Source of the DNA: Acidobacteriota bacterium
GTDB lineage: Bacteria; Acidobacteriota; UBA890; WLXD01
Assembly: GCA_965248695.1 (NCBI GenBank)
Contig: CBDFKD010000002.1
Location: 2,176,001 to 2,240,000, forward strand
DNA: 64,000 nt
Direction: 5' to 3'
A program made the translations under genes and the position numbers. Below, piece by piece: positions 10,577 through 20,314 of the stretch. Position 1 is the first letter of the stretch. Each line of letters begins with the position of its first letter. Below the pieces are notes generated by a model. The model was not told the DNA's origin and made no database searches. It worked only from the letters and a program-made list of their open reading frames with translations.

Positions 10577-12759
10577 ACGCACGGGCCGCCGGCGTCGGGG
10601 TGCTCGCCGTCATCGCTGCCGGCTGCGGCGCGCGGGGGGATCCGATGGCGCCTCTGCGAACCGTCCCGCCGTCGCTGCTCAGCGCCGAGATTTCACAGCT
10701 CGGTACGAACGCCCTGGTGGAATTCACTCCATCGGCCGAGATCATCGACATGGGCAACGAGGAGGAGATGACCATCGAGCGCGTGGAGCTCCTGATGCTC
10801 ACCGAGCGATACCCTGCACTCACTGCGTCGATGCTGGCGCAAGGGCTCGATCGAGAGCGGGGTAAGCGCCTCGAGATAGGCCGTCGGGCCATCGAACTGG
10901 CGGCGGAGGGCGCCGAGGCGAGGCGCGTTGCGGAAGAGCGGCTCGCGGCTGAAGAGGCAGCCGCCGCCGCGGGCATCGAGCTACCACCGGAAGTGGAATC
11001 GGACGACGAAGAACCGCTCGAGGAACAGGAGCCCGTTTCTGCCGAGCAGCTCTTACTCGACGGGCTGCCGCGCAACGCCTTGCGCGAATGGAGAGAAGCC
11101 AGCATCCAGGGCGATATCCTCCTGGAGGCAGCGGGGTGGTTCGACGAAGCGGTGGACGACCTGTGGGACCTACTCGGAATGCCCACCGCGATCGTCGACA
11201 CCCGACGGCCGCCGGCGCTACCGCGGCCGTCGCTGGTGGTCGAGAAAGCGGCGCAGCTAGCGCGCACGCACCCGTACGAAGGAGGCCTCGAGATCCCCGA
11301 GTTCCTTACCCGCGCCGCGATCGTTGCCGCTATTCCCTTCGAGAACATCAGCGACTACGTGCTCGACGACAGGGCAAGGATTCACTACAACATCGGCACC
11401 TCTTCGAGCGGCCCGGTGCGGACGCGATACTACTTTGCCGTTCGCGCCGTGGACACCGAGGGGAGAGCGGGCAGCGTCGACACCATCCTCTCTCTCGCAC
11501 CGAGCGGCGTACCCCTGTCCCCGGCGGAGCTGGAGGTCGAGATAACTCCCGAAGGCCCCCGGCTCCGGTGGTCGGCACCGGCGGGCGATGTGTGGGGCAG
11601 CCTCATCGACACCGACGAGATCAGCTACAACATCTACCGTCGGAACGTCGGTGCAGAGATTGCGGCCGTGACGATACTCAACGACGAACCGCTCACTACC
11701 GCCGAGTATCTCGACTCCGGGGCGGAATGGGACGGTAGCTATATATACGAGGTGCGGGCGGTCGCGGCGGCCCCGAGCGACGACGAAACGCTGTTACTGG
11801 TCGAGCCGGATCCTATCCAGGCAGTGCTGGACCCGGCGGACCCGACAGCGCTCGTGACGGACTCTGCGACACCGACTAAGGAAAGCAGCGGCGCGGTGAC
11901 TCCGCCGGTACACGTAGTGGACACGTTCAAGCCGGAGAAGTTGGGCGGTCTGGTGGCGGTGCGCGCGGCGTCGCGAATCACACTGCGTTGGGTGGCGTCG
12001 GCAGTTCCCGATCTGGTGGGCTATCGCGTCTACCGCCGGACGCTGGTGGATGACCCCTGCGACCCACGGTACATGCTCGAGTTCGACGAAGAAGAGGCGG
12101 AGGCGACGACAGACGAAGAGATGGACGACGAGGCGAACGCGGCGGCGGATGACGAAGCGGCGGATGGCGAGGCGGCGGATGGCGAGGCGACGGATGGCGA
12201 GGCGACGGATGGCGAGGCGACGGATGACGAGCCGGATTGCACCGTCGTCGAGGCCGGACCCAATGCCGAAGCACAGCCTTCCGTTGAGGACGAAACGGCC
12301 GGCGACGGGGTCGACACGGGATCCACCGACGCTGATATCGCTGAGGATCAGGCAGGTATTGTGGACGACGCCGGCGCGGCGAACGCCATTGTCGACGCGT
12401 CTGACGACGATCTCGACTCCTCGGCAAATCGCCCGTTGGGCGCCGAGGATGCCGACCTCACCGACGAACCCAGCGCCGAGAACCGCGGCGAAGAGGGCGG
12501 GACGGACGACACACAGGAGGCCGACGACGAAGGCGAACCCGGCCGGGGCAACGCGCGCCGGCGGCGCGGCAATGAACTGGTCACGACCGGATGGGACATG
12601 CTGACCGTGGTGGCGATAAGCGGCGTGCGCTACACGGATCCGACCGCCGACGGGGACGAGGCGTGGGAATACGCCATCGAAGCCGTCGATACCGCCGGCA
12701 ACGTCAGCCCGCCCGCCGTCATCAAGGTGCGGACCGAAGACGCCGCTGACGAGCAATGA
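10573..12759 (+). CDS. Lipoprotein with fibronectin-III-like domains and very acidic low-complexity inserts
   Basis: Lipobox AAGC followed by GARGDP; FN3 strands [31 protein letters not shown]; GTGA-coupled to hslU, ATGA-coupled to dapF. Confidence 0.75.
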   Translation: MNARAAGVGVLAVIAAGCGARGDPMAPLRTVPPSLLSAEISQLGTNALVEFTPSAEIIDMGNEEEMTIERVELLMLTERYPALTASMLAQGLDRERGKRLEIGRRAIELAAEGAEARRVAEERLAAEEAAAAAGIELPPEVESDDEEPLEEQEPVSAEQLLLDGLPRNALREWREASIQGDILLEAAGWFDEAVDDLWDLLGMPTAIVDTRRPPALPRPSLVVEKAAQLARTHPYEGGLEIPEFLTRAAIVAAIPFENISDYVLDDRARIHYNIGTSSSGPVRTRYYFAVRAVDTEGRAGSVDTILSLAPSGVPLSPAELEVEITPEGPRLRWSAPAGDVWGSLIDTDEISYNIYRRNVGAEIAAVTILNDEPLTTAEYLDSGAEWDGSYIYEVRAVAAAPSDDETLLLVEPDPIQAVLDPADPTALVTDSATPTKESSGAVTPPVHVVDTFKPEKLGGLVAVRAASRITLRWVASAVPDLVGYRVYRRTLVDDPCDPRYMLEFDEEEAEATTDEEMDDEANAAADDEAADGEAADGEATDGEATDGEATDDEPDCTVVEAGPNAEAQPSVEDETAGDGVDTGSTDADIAEDQAGIVDDAGAANAIVDASDDDLDSSANRPLGAEDADLTDEPSAENRGEEGGTDDTQEADDEGEPGRGNARRRRGNELVTTGWDMLTVVAISGVRYTDPTADGDEAWEYAIEAVDTAGNVSPPAVIKVRTEDAADEQ
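12148..12231 (+). repeat. 15-bp VNTR (~5.6 copies) encoding D(D/G)EA(A/T)
   Basis: gatggcgaggcgacg units starting at 12148, 12163, 12178, 12193, 12208, 12223. Confidence 0.9.
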
Positions 12760-13709
12760 GCGCTGCGAGCCGTGAACCTCTCGAGTTCAGCCACTACTCC
12801 GGAGCGGGCAATGACTTCATCGTCCTCGACGAACGCTACGGCGCGTCGCCGACCCGCGCCGCCGCCAACGCCAAGGCACTCTGCCGCCGAGGCGTCTCCG
12901 TCGGCGCCGATGGACTCATAATGATCGACCTGAGCGACCTGGAGAACGGCGTCGCGGGACGCATGCATCTGTGGAACTCCGATGGGTCAGCGGCCGAGTT
13001 CTCGGGGAACGCGGCGCGATGCGCGGTGCGCTATCTGGTCGACGAGGGACTGGCGAGCTCACCGATACGATTGGAAACTGCCATCGGAATCGTCGTCGGG
13101 CGCGTCGAGGGCTCGAACGTATCCGTCGACGTGCCCGGTACGGCGGCGGTCTGGCCTCAGCGGCGTATTCGCGTTGAAGGCCGGGACCTCCTGGGAACTT
13201 ATGTCCAGGTAGGTGTTCCTTTCTTCGTCCTCCTCCATGAGGATCCGGACGACCTCCCGGTACGTTACTTGGGGCGCGCCATCCGCAACCATCCTGACCT
13301 CGAGCCGGCGGGCGCGAACGTCGACTTCGCTCGTATCGACGACGAGCAGAACCTCTACTTTCGCGTCTATGAGCGCGGCGTCGAGGCCGAGACGCTGAGC
13401 TCGGGAACCGGCAGTATCGCCGCGGCGCTTGCGGCGGCGGCGAGCGACCGCGCTGCCTCACCGATTGCGTGCCATGCAAGGGGCGGCACGCTCACGGTGC
13501 GCTTCCAACCCCTTGTTCCGCCTGCAGTCGAGGCAACGTCGATCGAGAATCCGCCGCTGCCAGCCGAGCCGCCGGCAGTTGAGCGCCCGCACCGCGCCGA
13601 TCTACCGCGCGTTGCCGAGGGCGCTCCGCTTCGATTCGCAAACATACAGCTGGAGGGCGACACTCGTCAGGTGATGCGCGGGACCGCCTTCGCGGACGCG
13701 CTACGGTAG
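12756..13709 (+). CDS. dapF: Diaminopimelate epimerase homolog with Ser at both catalytic positions
   Basis: GAGNDF, GADG, NSDGSAAEFSGNAARC, GANVDF, RVYERGVEAETLSSGTGS. Confidence 0.85.
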   Translation: MSAASREPLEFSHYSGAGNDFIVLDERYGASPTRAAANAKALCRRGVSVGADGLIMIDLSDLENGVAGRMHLWNSDGSAAEFSGNAARCAVRYLVDEGLASSPIRLETAIGIVVGRVEGSNVSVDVPGTAAVWPQRRIRVEGRDLLGTYVQVGVPFFVLLHEDPDDLPVRYLGRAIRNHPDLEPAGANVDFARIDDEQNLYFRVYERGVEAETLSSGTGSIAAALAAAASDRAASPIACHARGGTLTVRFQPLVPPAVEATSIENPPLPAEPPAVERPHRADLPRVAEGAPLRFANIQLEGDTRQVMRGTAFADALR

Positions 13710-15509
13710 CGACAACGTTTGTTCGGCTGCTGACACCAGACAGCGCGGTACTGGCAGCTCCGCGTCCTCGGCCTCTTCGGTCCAGGCGATCAGGCCACCA
13801 GACGGGTCGAACGTTGCCGATCGGTCACTCCAATCCCAGCGGCTGACGCCCCCTTCGTGCCGCGCCGACGGCTCGCCCCATGCGATGCGTACCTGGCGGT
13901 CGTCCATTTCGAAGTCGAGCTCCTCAGCGAGGATCATGCGGCGCAACTCCGCGTCCAGTTGAGTTCTGGCGAGAGCCCTCCAGGTTGAGGAAAGCTCGGA
14001 TGGATCTCGGTTGCTAATCGCCATGGATGCACGCGTGTACCGCCTCGTCGCCTCGTACAGATCAACGCGCACTCTCCGCAGGGCTACAGGCGCCGGTGAA
14101 AGCTCCGTCGGCCAGTCTCCCGGCACCAGCGTCACGCGATCGAAGATCGCCTGGCCAGCTTCCCCCACGGCGATGCTCCGGTCCGTTGGAAGCAGTCGAA
14201 CGATGATCTCGTCGGCGTCGGCGGGGACGGTGACTACCAGACTGACCGTGGCGGGAATAGCGCCGACCGCGCCGCTCCCGGCCTCACGCAGCTGTCCGGC
14301 CTCGATCTCGAAACCAACGGTTGCAGCTGACGTTGCGCCGCCAGGCCCGGGCGTTGCCCGCGCTACAACCTCTAGCCGAAGCTCGCGCCCGCGAAGGCGC
14401 CGCGCGATCGCCGGTGGCAGCCGCTGCTCGAGGTAAACGGCCTGTCGACGATTGGCGTCTTCGAGCATGACCCCCGTCGGCAACGCGGATGGCGCTACCC
14501 GCCTCGGGGCGGCGAGATCGACGGTCGCCGCGGGCCACAGGCGGGTGGAGAGATCGAAAGAGCCCAGGTATCGATCTTCGTCTCGCCGCGCCCCAGCCAA
14601 CAGACGCTCCGGTGGTGGTGGCGGCACGTCGACCCGGCCAGCCGGCAAGCCGCGCGGATCGAGCCCGCCGACGAGCTGCCAGCACGGCAGGACGAAGCCG
14701 GTTGCCTCGGCGGGCAAATTCGGATCCAGCTGCAGCTGGCTGTTGCTCAGCAAACTGAGTACCGGCAACTCTGCGCGTAGTCGGCCCAGTGACTCCCAGC
14801 CGTGCTCAACCCGACGAAATACCAACGGCAACACCGAGGTCACATGTAGCGCCCCGAAGCTGGCTTCCTGCGGCCATGGGCCCAGACCGTCGCGCCCTCC
14901 TAGCAAGCTGATCGCCTCGTCGACTACCTGCGGCGGTATTGCCCAGGCCGGTACCGACAGCGTCTCTCCGAGAAGACGTACCTCGTCGGCGTCCACCTCC
15001 ACCGTGTTGTGCCACCACTCGAGACTGACCTCCAATGGCTGGCGCAGGGAGGCCAGGTACAGATCGTATGGCGTAAGGCTCACGACGTCCGGATCCACGT
15101 CCTCGGCGGGCTCTTCGTCGAGGTCGGGGCGCTCAGGGGGTACCCCCGGCGCCGGGATCCCCTTGATCAAGGTGACCGGGCCGGACCGGTCACGGAGCTC
15201 ATCGGCGCTCGCCGCGACTACAAACCACTGCCGCTGAAGCGTCCAGCTTTCCGGATCGGCGACCATCTGCCATTCGCGTCCGAAGGCATCGGTCGTGTCG
15301 CCCAGGTAACTGAAAATGGCTCCGGCGTCGAACGCGAACAGGCCGTCCTCGGTTACCTCTGCCGCGGCACGGAGGGATCCGGCTTCGAGCGCGATGGCGT
15401 ACAACGGCTCCTCGACTGGCGCCCGAGCGCCCGGCGGGCTCTGTGCGTAGCTCTCTGCTGTTATGCACACCAGCACGAGAGCGACCCGAGTGAGCGGAAG
15501 ACGCGTCAT
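13701..15509 (-). CDS. Secreted hypothetical protein
   Basis: 602-aa ORF, signal peptide ending ESYA|Q, ATGA-coupled to the upstream hydrolase. Confidence 0.7.
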   Translation of the reverse strand: MTRLPLTRVALVLVCITAESYAQSPPGARAPVEEPLYAIALEAGSLRAAAEVTEDGLFAFDAGAIFSYLGDTTDAFGREWQMVADPESWTLQRQWFVVAASADELRDRSGPVTLIKGIPAPGVPPERPDLDEEPAEDVDPDVVSLTPYDLYLASLRQPLEVSLEWWHNTVEVDADEVRLLGETLSVPAWAIPPQVVDEAISLLGGRDGLGPWPQEASFGALHVTSVLPLVFRRVEHGWESLGRLRAELPVLSLLSNSQLQLDPNLPAEATGFVLPCWQLVGGLDPRGLPAGRVDVPPPPPERLLAGARRDEDRYLGSFDLSTRLWPAATVDLAAPRRVAPSALPTGVMLEDANRRQAVYLEQRLPPAIARRLRGRELRLEVVARATPGPGGATSAATVGFEIEAGQLREAGSGAVGAIPATVSLVVTVPADADEIIVRLLPTDRSIAVGEAGQAIFDRVTLVPGDWPTELSPAPVALRRVRVDLYEATRRYTRASMAISNRDPSELSSTWRALARTQLDAELRRMILAEELDFEMDDRQVRIAWGEPSARHEGGVSRWDWSDRSATFDPSGGLIAWTEEAEDAELPVPRCLVSAAEQTLSLP

Positions 15510-16228
15510 GCGATCGTCTGGCCGGGCTTGATCGACAGCACTTCGATGTCGAGACCGCGCTGTTCGCAGTCCTGGTGAAGCTCCCCGGGCGTTCCTGTCA
15601 GCACTGGCCAGGTTCCATAGTGCATCGGCACCACGCGCCGAACCCCCAGCAACTCACAAGCCTTGGCCGCAGACCGCGGGCCCATGGTGTAGTGATCGCC
15701 AATTGGCAACAGCGCGATGTCCGGTGCGAACAGCTCGGCGATCAGGGCCATGTCGCCAAAGACGTCGGTGTCGCCGGCGTGATAGATGGTCGTCTGGTCG
15801 TCGAACGTGAGGATCAACCCCGCAGACACACCGCCGTAGAGCATCCGGTCGCCATCCTGGATGCCTGCTGAATGTGTCGCCCGCACCATCGTTATCGACA
15901 CCCCGTCGAGTTGCACGGTGCCGCCGATGTTCATCTCCACGATCGCATCTCCCGAAACGCCCTGGGTGCGCAGCCAGGCCGCCACCTCGATGATTGCAAC
16001 AACCGATTTCGGGTCGTTCTCGGCGCAGACTTGAACTACATCGGCAACGTGGTCGAAGTGACCGTGTGTAATAGCGACGACGTCGAGACGTGCAAATGTC
16101 TTCAGGGCTTCCGGACACTGCGGATTGCTCATCACGAACGGATCGATGAGCACCGTGTTGCCGTCCGGCCCGCTTAGCAGGAACGTCGCGTGACCGAGCC
16201 AGGTAATACGAACGCCAGACGCTGACAC
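15506..16228 (-). CDS. Metallo-beta-lactamase-fold hydrolase (UPF0173 type)
   Basis: ITWLGHATF, THGHFDH, YHAGDT, PMHYGTW; GTG start behind GGAGG. Confidence 0.9.
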   Translation of the reverse strand: MSASGVRITWLGHATFLLSGPDGNTVLIDPFVMSNPQCPEALKTFARLDVVAITHGHFDHVADVVQVCAENDPKSVVAIIEVAAWLRTQGVSGDAIVEMNIGGTVQLDGVSITMVRATHSAGIQDGDRMLYGGVSAGLILTFDDQTTIYHAGDTDVFGDMALIAELFAPDIALLPIGDHYTMGPRSAAKACELLGVRRVVPMHYGTWPVLTGTPGELHQDCEQRGLDIEVLSIKPGQTIA

Positions 16229-16272
16229 GCCGACCTCCATGTTGGATTTGAATCGCGAGGTACGTGTCGATT

Positions 16273-17298
16273 CTATGCGCTGACGGGAGCCACACCGAGT
16301 CCGCAACCTGCCTCGAAAGGAAGCCGACAGACCTCGACTTCGGAACCGTCCTCCAACCGCACCGTTGCGCCTGGGTCGGCGTGCTCGCGGCGCACGTATC
16401 CGAGCCCGATGGGGCCGTGGAGATCCGACGTCACGGAACTGGTAACGGAGCCGACGGCTCGCCCGGCGCCGGATAGCGCCGCGCCCGAGCCGGCCGATGC
16501 GACGAAACGCAACCCACTCAGAACGCGGTTGACGTGGCCGCGGTAATGGATACGAGCCACCGTTTCCTGCCCCAGATAGCAGCCCTTCTCGAAGTCGACG
16601 GCGCTTTCCAACCGCGCCTCCTGCGGCAGCTCGTTACCGGTAAGCTCGGCGCCGTGCGCCGGCACCCCGGCCTCTACACGGAGGACCTCGGCCGCTGCCC
16701 GACCGACCGGCAGCACTGGCTGGGACAGCAGCGCTGGCCACAGTTCCCGGACCTCGGACTCGGGCACCGCCAGCTCGATGCCGTCGGGGAGGCGCCGGGT
16801 TCGTAACACGAGCGCCACCGCGTCGACCTCGCTCGCAGCGCTGACGCGCCCGTGGTCCGGCCCGAGCAAAGCAAGCGATATCAGCGGGCTGGGGTCAATG
16901 TGCACTGCGGAACGCAATACGAAGCGTCGCAGCCCGTCGACCACCGCTGCCGCCACGCTGATGTCGGTACCGATGAGCACCGCATCGTCCTCGATCCACA
17001 GATCGAGGCTCGCCTGTACTTTGCCGCGGTTGTCGAGCAGCAAGCTGGCAGCCCCGTCGCCGGGCTGCAGCACCTCGACGTTCGCTGTCAGCAGCCGGTG
17101 AAGAAACGTGAGGCGCTCGTCGCCACCCACCCGGAGATAGGCACGCCACGGCTGCCACAACAGGCCAACGCTCTCGCGTACGGCGCGGAGCTCGGCGGCT
17201 GGGTCACCGTAGGAAGCCGCGTAGGTCAGGCTGCCGGCTTCGCACAATTGCGCGCCGACCGACCGCTGGTCGTCAGCGAAGGCAGCTGCCGGGTTCAT
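16273..17298 (-). CDS. ygfZ: Folate-binding YgfZ/GcvT-family protein
   Basis: YgfZ signature KGCYLGQE. Confidence 0.85.
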   Translation of the reverse strand: MNPAAAFADDQRSVGAQLCEAGSLTYAASYGDPAAELRAVRESVGLLWQPWRAYLRVGGDERLTFLHRLLTANVEVLQPGDGAASLLLDNRGKVQASLDLWIEDDAVLIGTDISVAAAVVDGLRRFVLRSAVHIDPSPLISLALLGPDHGRVSAASEVDAVALVLRTRRLPDGIELAVPESEVRELWPALLSQPVLPVGRAAAEVLRVEAGVPAHGAELTGNELPQEARLESAVDFEKGCYLGQETVARIHYRGHVNRVLSGLRFVASAGSGAALSGAGRAVGSVTSSVTSDLHGPIGLGYVRREHADPGATVRLEDGSEVEVCRLPFEAGCGLGVAPVSA

Positions 17299-17804
17299 TC
17301 GGCCGCAGCGGCCGACGGCCGCAGTACGATGTCGACCGTGCCGCCAACCCGCACCGGACCCGCGCGTCCCTCGAGGTCGCCGTCCTGGCGACTGAATGCA
17401 TCGCCGTCCTGATCGAGCCGAGCGATGATGTCGAGGTCTCCGACCAGTGGCGTGCCGGGGATCATCGAATCCGCCTCGCTGATCGTGAAGCTCATCGGCA
17501 CTTCCGCCGGCAGCGGCTTGACCGCCAACGGCGGGCCGCCGTCGCGTCCCGACACGCGCACGATGATGTACAGGACGCCACCGGGAACCACACCCACTGC
17601 CGGGTCAACGCTTACCGTTCCCTCCACACCCGGGGGCGCTGCCACGGACGCGCGCGCACCCGGCGCCAGCGGCGCCGGCGGCGCCGGGATCGCAGATGCC
17701 TCCTCCCTATCGATGGTCTCGACGTTCCGTGAGACGCACCCGGCCCAGGCCACCACAGCGCTCAGCAGCAGTAGCGGCAGTAGCCGAGGGGGCGCATTGT
17801 TCAT
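17295..17804 (-). CDS. Lipoprotein carrying a stand-alone CcmI/CycH C-terminal-like domain
   Basis: Lipobox WAGC; GPPLAVK...FTISEADSMIPG...IIARLDQDGDA...GDLEG resembles the CcmI Ig-like C-terminus. Confidence 0.65.
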   Translation of the reverse strand: MNNAPPRLLPLLLLSAVVAWAGCVSRNVETIDREEASAIPAPPAPLAPGARASVAAPPGVEGTVSVDPAVGVVPGGVLYIIVRVSGRDGGPPLAVKPLPAEVPMSFTISEADSMIPGTPLVGDLDIIARLDQDGDAFSRQDGDLEGRAGPVRVGGTVDIVLRPSAAAAE

Positions 17805-17926
17805 GGTGGGCGAGCTTCGGGGGAGGCGAACAGGACCTGCGGGTGACCTCAACGCGCCGATCTTATCTCAAAGCCGCACCTCGGCAACGGCCCGACAACT
17901 GGCTCGACAGCCCGTGCGACACAATG

Positions 17927-19248
17927 TCAGCCCTCTCGATGAGCTGCCAGACCGGCGACGCGCGGCGCCACGGCGGTCAACCGATCGATGATCAGCGACC
18001 GCGCCCGATCGCTGGCATTCGAGGGTACGCAATTGCGGTAGACACCACTCCGGAACAGTGCCCAGGTCACCTCGGCGGGGCGACTTGGCGCGCTTCCCGC
18101 TGTACGCGCTCGCTCGAGCGCCGCCTGCACCTCGATCGCGATCGAAGCGGCATCGGAGCAACGACACACCCAGCGCTTGGCCGATTGCTTCAGCCCTTCA
18201 AGGAGCTTGGCATCGTCGAGCAGGGTATCGATCGTGACGAAAAAAGCCTCGCCGAGGCTGCGCCCAGGTGTCAGCCGCGGGGCCACGTCGGGCGGCAGGA
18301 AATCGTAGTGCGGCGCGCCGGCGACCAGTGTCGCGGCGCCTCGGGCAAGCGCTCGACACAGCAGCGCACGCTCATACGCGACGGGCTCGGCGGTCACCGC
18401 GACGACGATATCGGCCGCGTCCGTGACCTCGAGCAGCTGCGACTGGTCCGGCGACAGGTGCCACTCGATCCGTCCGTCGAGCGAGGCTCGCGACGCCGCC
18501 GGACCAGCGACCGCCTGATGAATGATCTCCGGAGTCACGTAGCGAACCGAGAGCTGCGGGCGCTTGTCCAGCAACCGAGCGATTCCCGACATCAGCGGCT
18601 GCGGCCATCGCGAGCTTGCTGAAACGACGCAAATAACGGTCGGTTCTGCCGCCGCGGCAGCCGGGGCGCCGAGAACCCCGGGCCCGAGGGGCAGCTCCAC
18701 ATGGCCCACCTCGACGCCTTGTCGTCGCATCTGCGCCGCGATCGGCTCGGTGGCAGCGAGCATCTGGTGTCGCTGCGACATGCCGCGTACCAGTGGATCG
18801 TAGTGGTCGTACAGCGCCCTCGTGCCCCAGCCTCCCGCGACCGTCGCACCGACGCGAGCACCTGCCCGGGCATTGTCGTCTCGAGCGCTTCGATGTAGGC
18901 ATCCCAGCGTCCGAGCAACCCCAGCCCGCCGAGCAGCATGTGGTGCATGGCCGGGTCGAGGATCCACGCAACGCCGGCAAAACGACCCGCGAGCAGATAG
19001 CTGGGCTCGTAGGGAAGGAAGTCCCTTCCGAGCGGGTAGAGCGCGGTGTTGAAGGCCCGGTGCGCGTGACGCTCGTCGAACCGCAGGTAGTGGAATGCCG
19101 GCGCCGAAAGGCCGCCTTCTCGAAGACGCGTCGATTCGACAAAGACCTCCACATCGAGGCGCTCCGCCAAAGATCGCACTACAGCGTCGAGCTGCTGTGC
19201 CACGAGGGCTTGTGGGTCGATGCTCGGCAGGGTGATCGCAACGCGCAC
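17927..19248 (-). pseudogene. GT-B glycosyltransferase-like gene with a single-base frameshift near 18865
   Basis: 5' half (ORF 18592..19248) and 3' half (ORF 17927..18967) join into ~440 aa that aligns by eye with the paralog at 23446..24720. Confidence 0.7.
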
Positions 19249-19258
19249 GACGAGCGTC

Positions 19259-20314
19259 CTATTCGAGTGTCGACGTCAACGCCGCGATCGCCTTCGGCCA
19301 GCTGACGCGGTCGCGCACCATGGCGCGTCCAGCTCCGCCCAGGCGCTCGCACAGGGCGCGGTCCTCGAACAGCAGGTCGATGCGATCGGCAAGCGCGCGA
19401 GGATCGGGCCTCACGACAAACCCGGTCTCGGCTTCGCGCACGAATTCGAGCACCCCGCCCGAGTCCGTTGTGGTCACCACCGGGCGGCCTGCGAAGAACG
19501 CCTCGAGGGTCGTGAAGCCGTAGTCCTCATCGAGCGGCGTGAGCGCCATCGCGAAGCAGCCGGCCATCAGCTCCAACACGTCGTCGTCAGAGACGAAACC
19601 CAGGAACTCGACCCGGTCTTGGAGACCGAGGTCAACCACCTGCTCTGCAAGCCGCTCATGGTCGGGACCGCGCCCGGCGATGCGCAAGCAGACGGGGTGT
19701 CGTGTGTGGCTCAGTGCCTGGATCGCCAGATCCAGCCGCTTGATGCGATCGAGGCGGCCAACGAAGAACATGTAGTCGCCGTACGGCCCTGCCCGCAGGC
19801 TCTGGTGTAGGGGTGGTGGTGCGTAGAGAGGCGTCGCCTCAACGCCGCAGTATGTCTGCAGGCGACCGGCGGTGTTCTGGCTGTTGGTGAACAACGCCTT
19901 GGTCTCGGACAGTGCCTCCATGTCGAGCTCGAACAGAGCATCGCGAAGCGCCACCTCATCGTCCGCGAGACGGAAGTTCCCGAACGGCGTCGGGTGCAGG
20001 TCATAGACTTCGCGTTGCTGGTGAAATATCCACGCGACCTTGTTGCGGTGTCGAGCCAGATACGACGGGTACTTGGTCGCGATGAGCAAATCCACCTCGC
20101 CCGGCGCGGTTTCTTCGAAGTTCACCAGCCGCCATGCCATCGCCTGCTCGAGCGACGAGATCGTGCCGGTCCAGGTATACGGCAGCGTCACGAGCTCCGC
20201 TTCGTGACCGGCTTCGTTGAGCGCCGCCACTGTGAGCTCTGCGTGGAGCTCCGCACCTCCGCGAAGGAACGGCACCTGCGGTGCAGCTACGATAATCCGG
20301 TGGCTTCGGCTCAC
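19259..20314 (-). CDS. Glycosyltransferase family 4
   Basis: QVPFLRGGAE, VGRLDRIKR, EDYGFTTLEAF (EX7E); GTG start overlaps the methyltransferase stop. Confidence 0.92.
   Translation of the reverse strand: MSRSHRIIVAAPQVPFLRGGAELHAELTVAALNEAGHEAELVTLPYTWTGTISSLEQAMAWRLVNFEETAPGEVDLLIATKYPSYLARHRNKVAWIFHQQREVYDLHPTPFGNFRLADDEVALRDALFELDMEALSETKALFTNSQNTAGRLQTYCGVEATPLYAPPPLHQSLRAGPYGDYMFFVGRLDRIKRLDLAIQALSHTRHPVCLRIAGRGPDHERLAEQVVDLGLQDRVEFLGFVSDDDVLELMAGCFAMALTPLDEDYGFTTLEAFFAGRPVVTTTDSGGVLEFVREAETGFVVRPDPRALADRIDLLFEDRALCERLGGAGRAMVRDRVSWPKAIAALTSTLE

Noticed and set aside
12148-12231. Tandem repeats as a possible CRISPR array
   Set aside because: No spacers; in-frame coding repeats; no cas genes.
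13002-13403. Idea that the Cys-like tRNA(GGA) restores Cys at DapF's catalytic Ser codons
   Set aside because: Both codons are TCG; a GGA anticodon reads UCC/UCU, not UCG.
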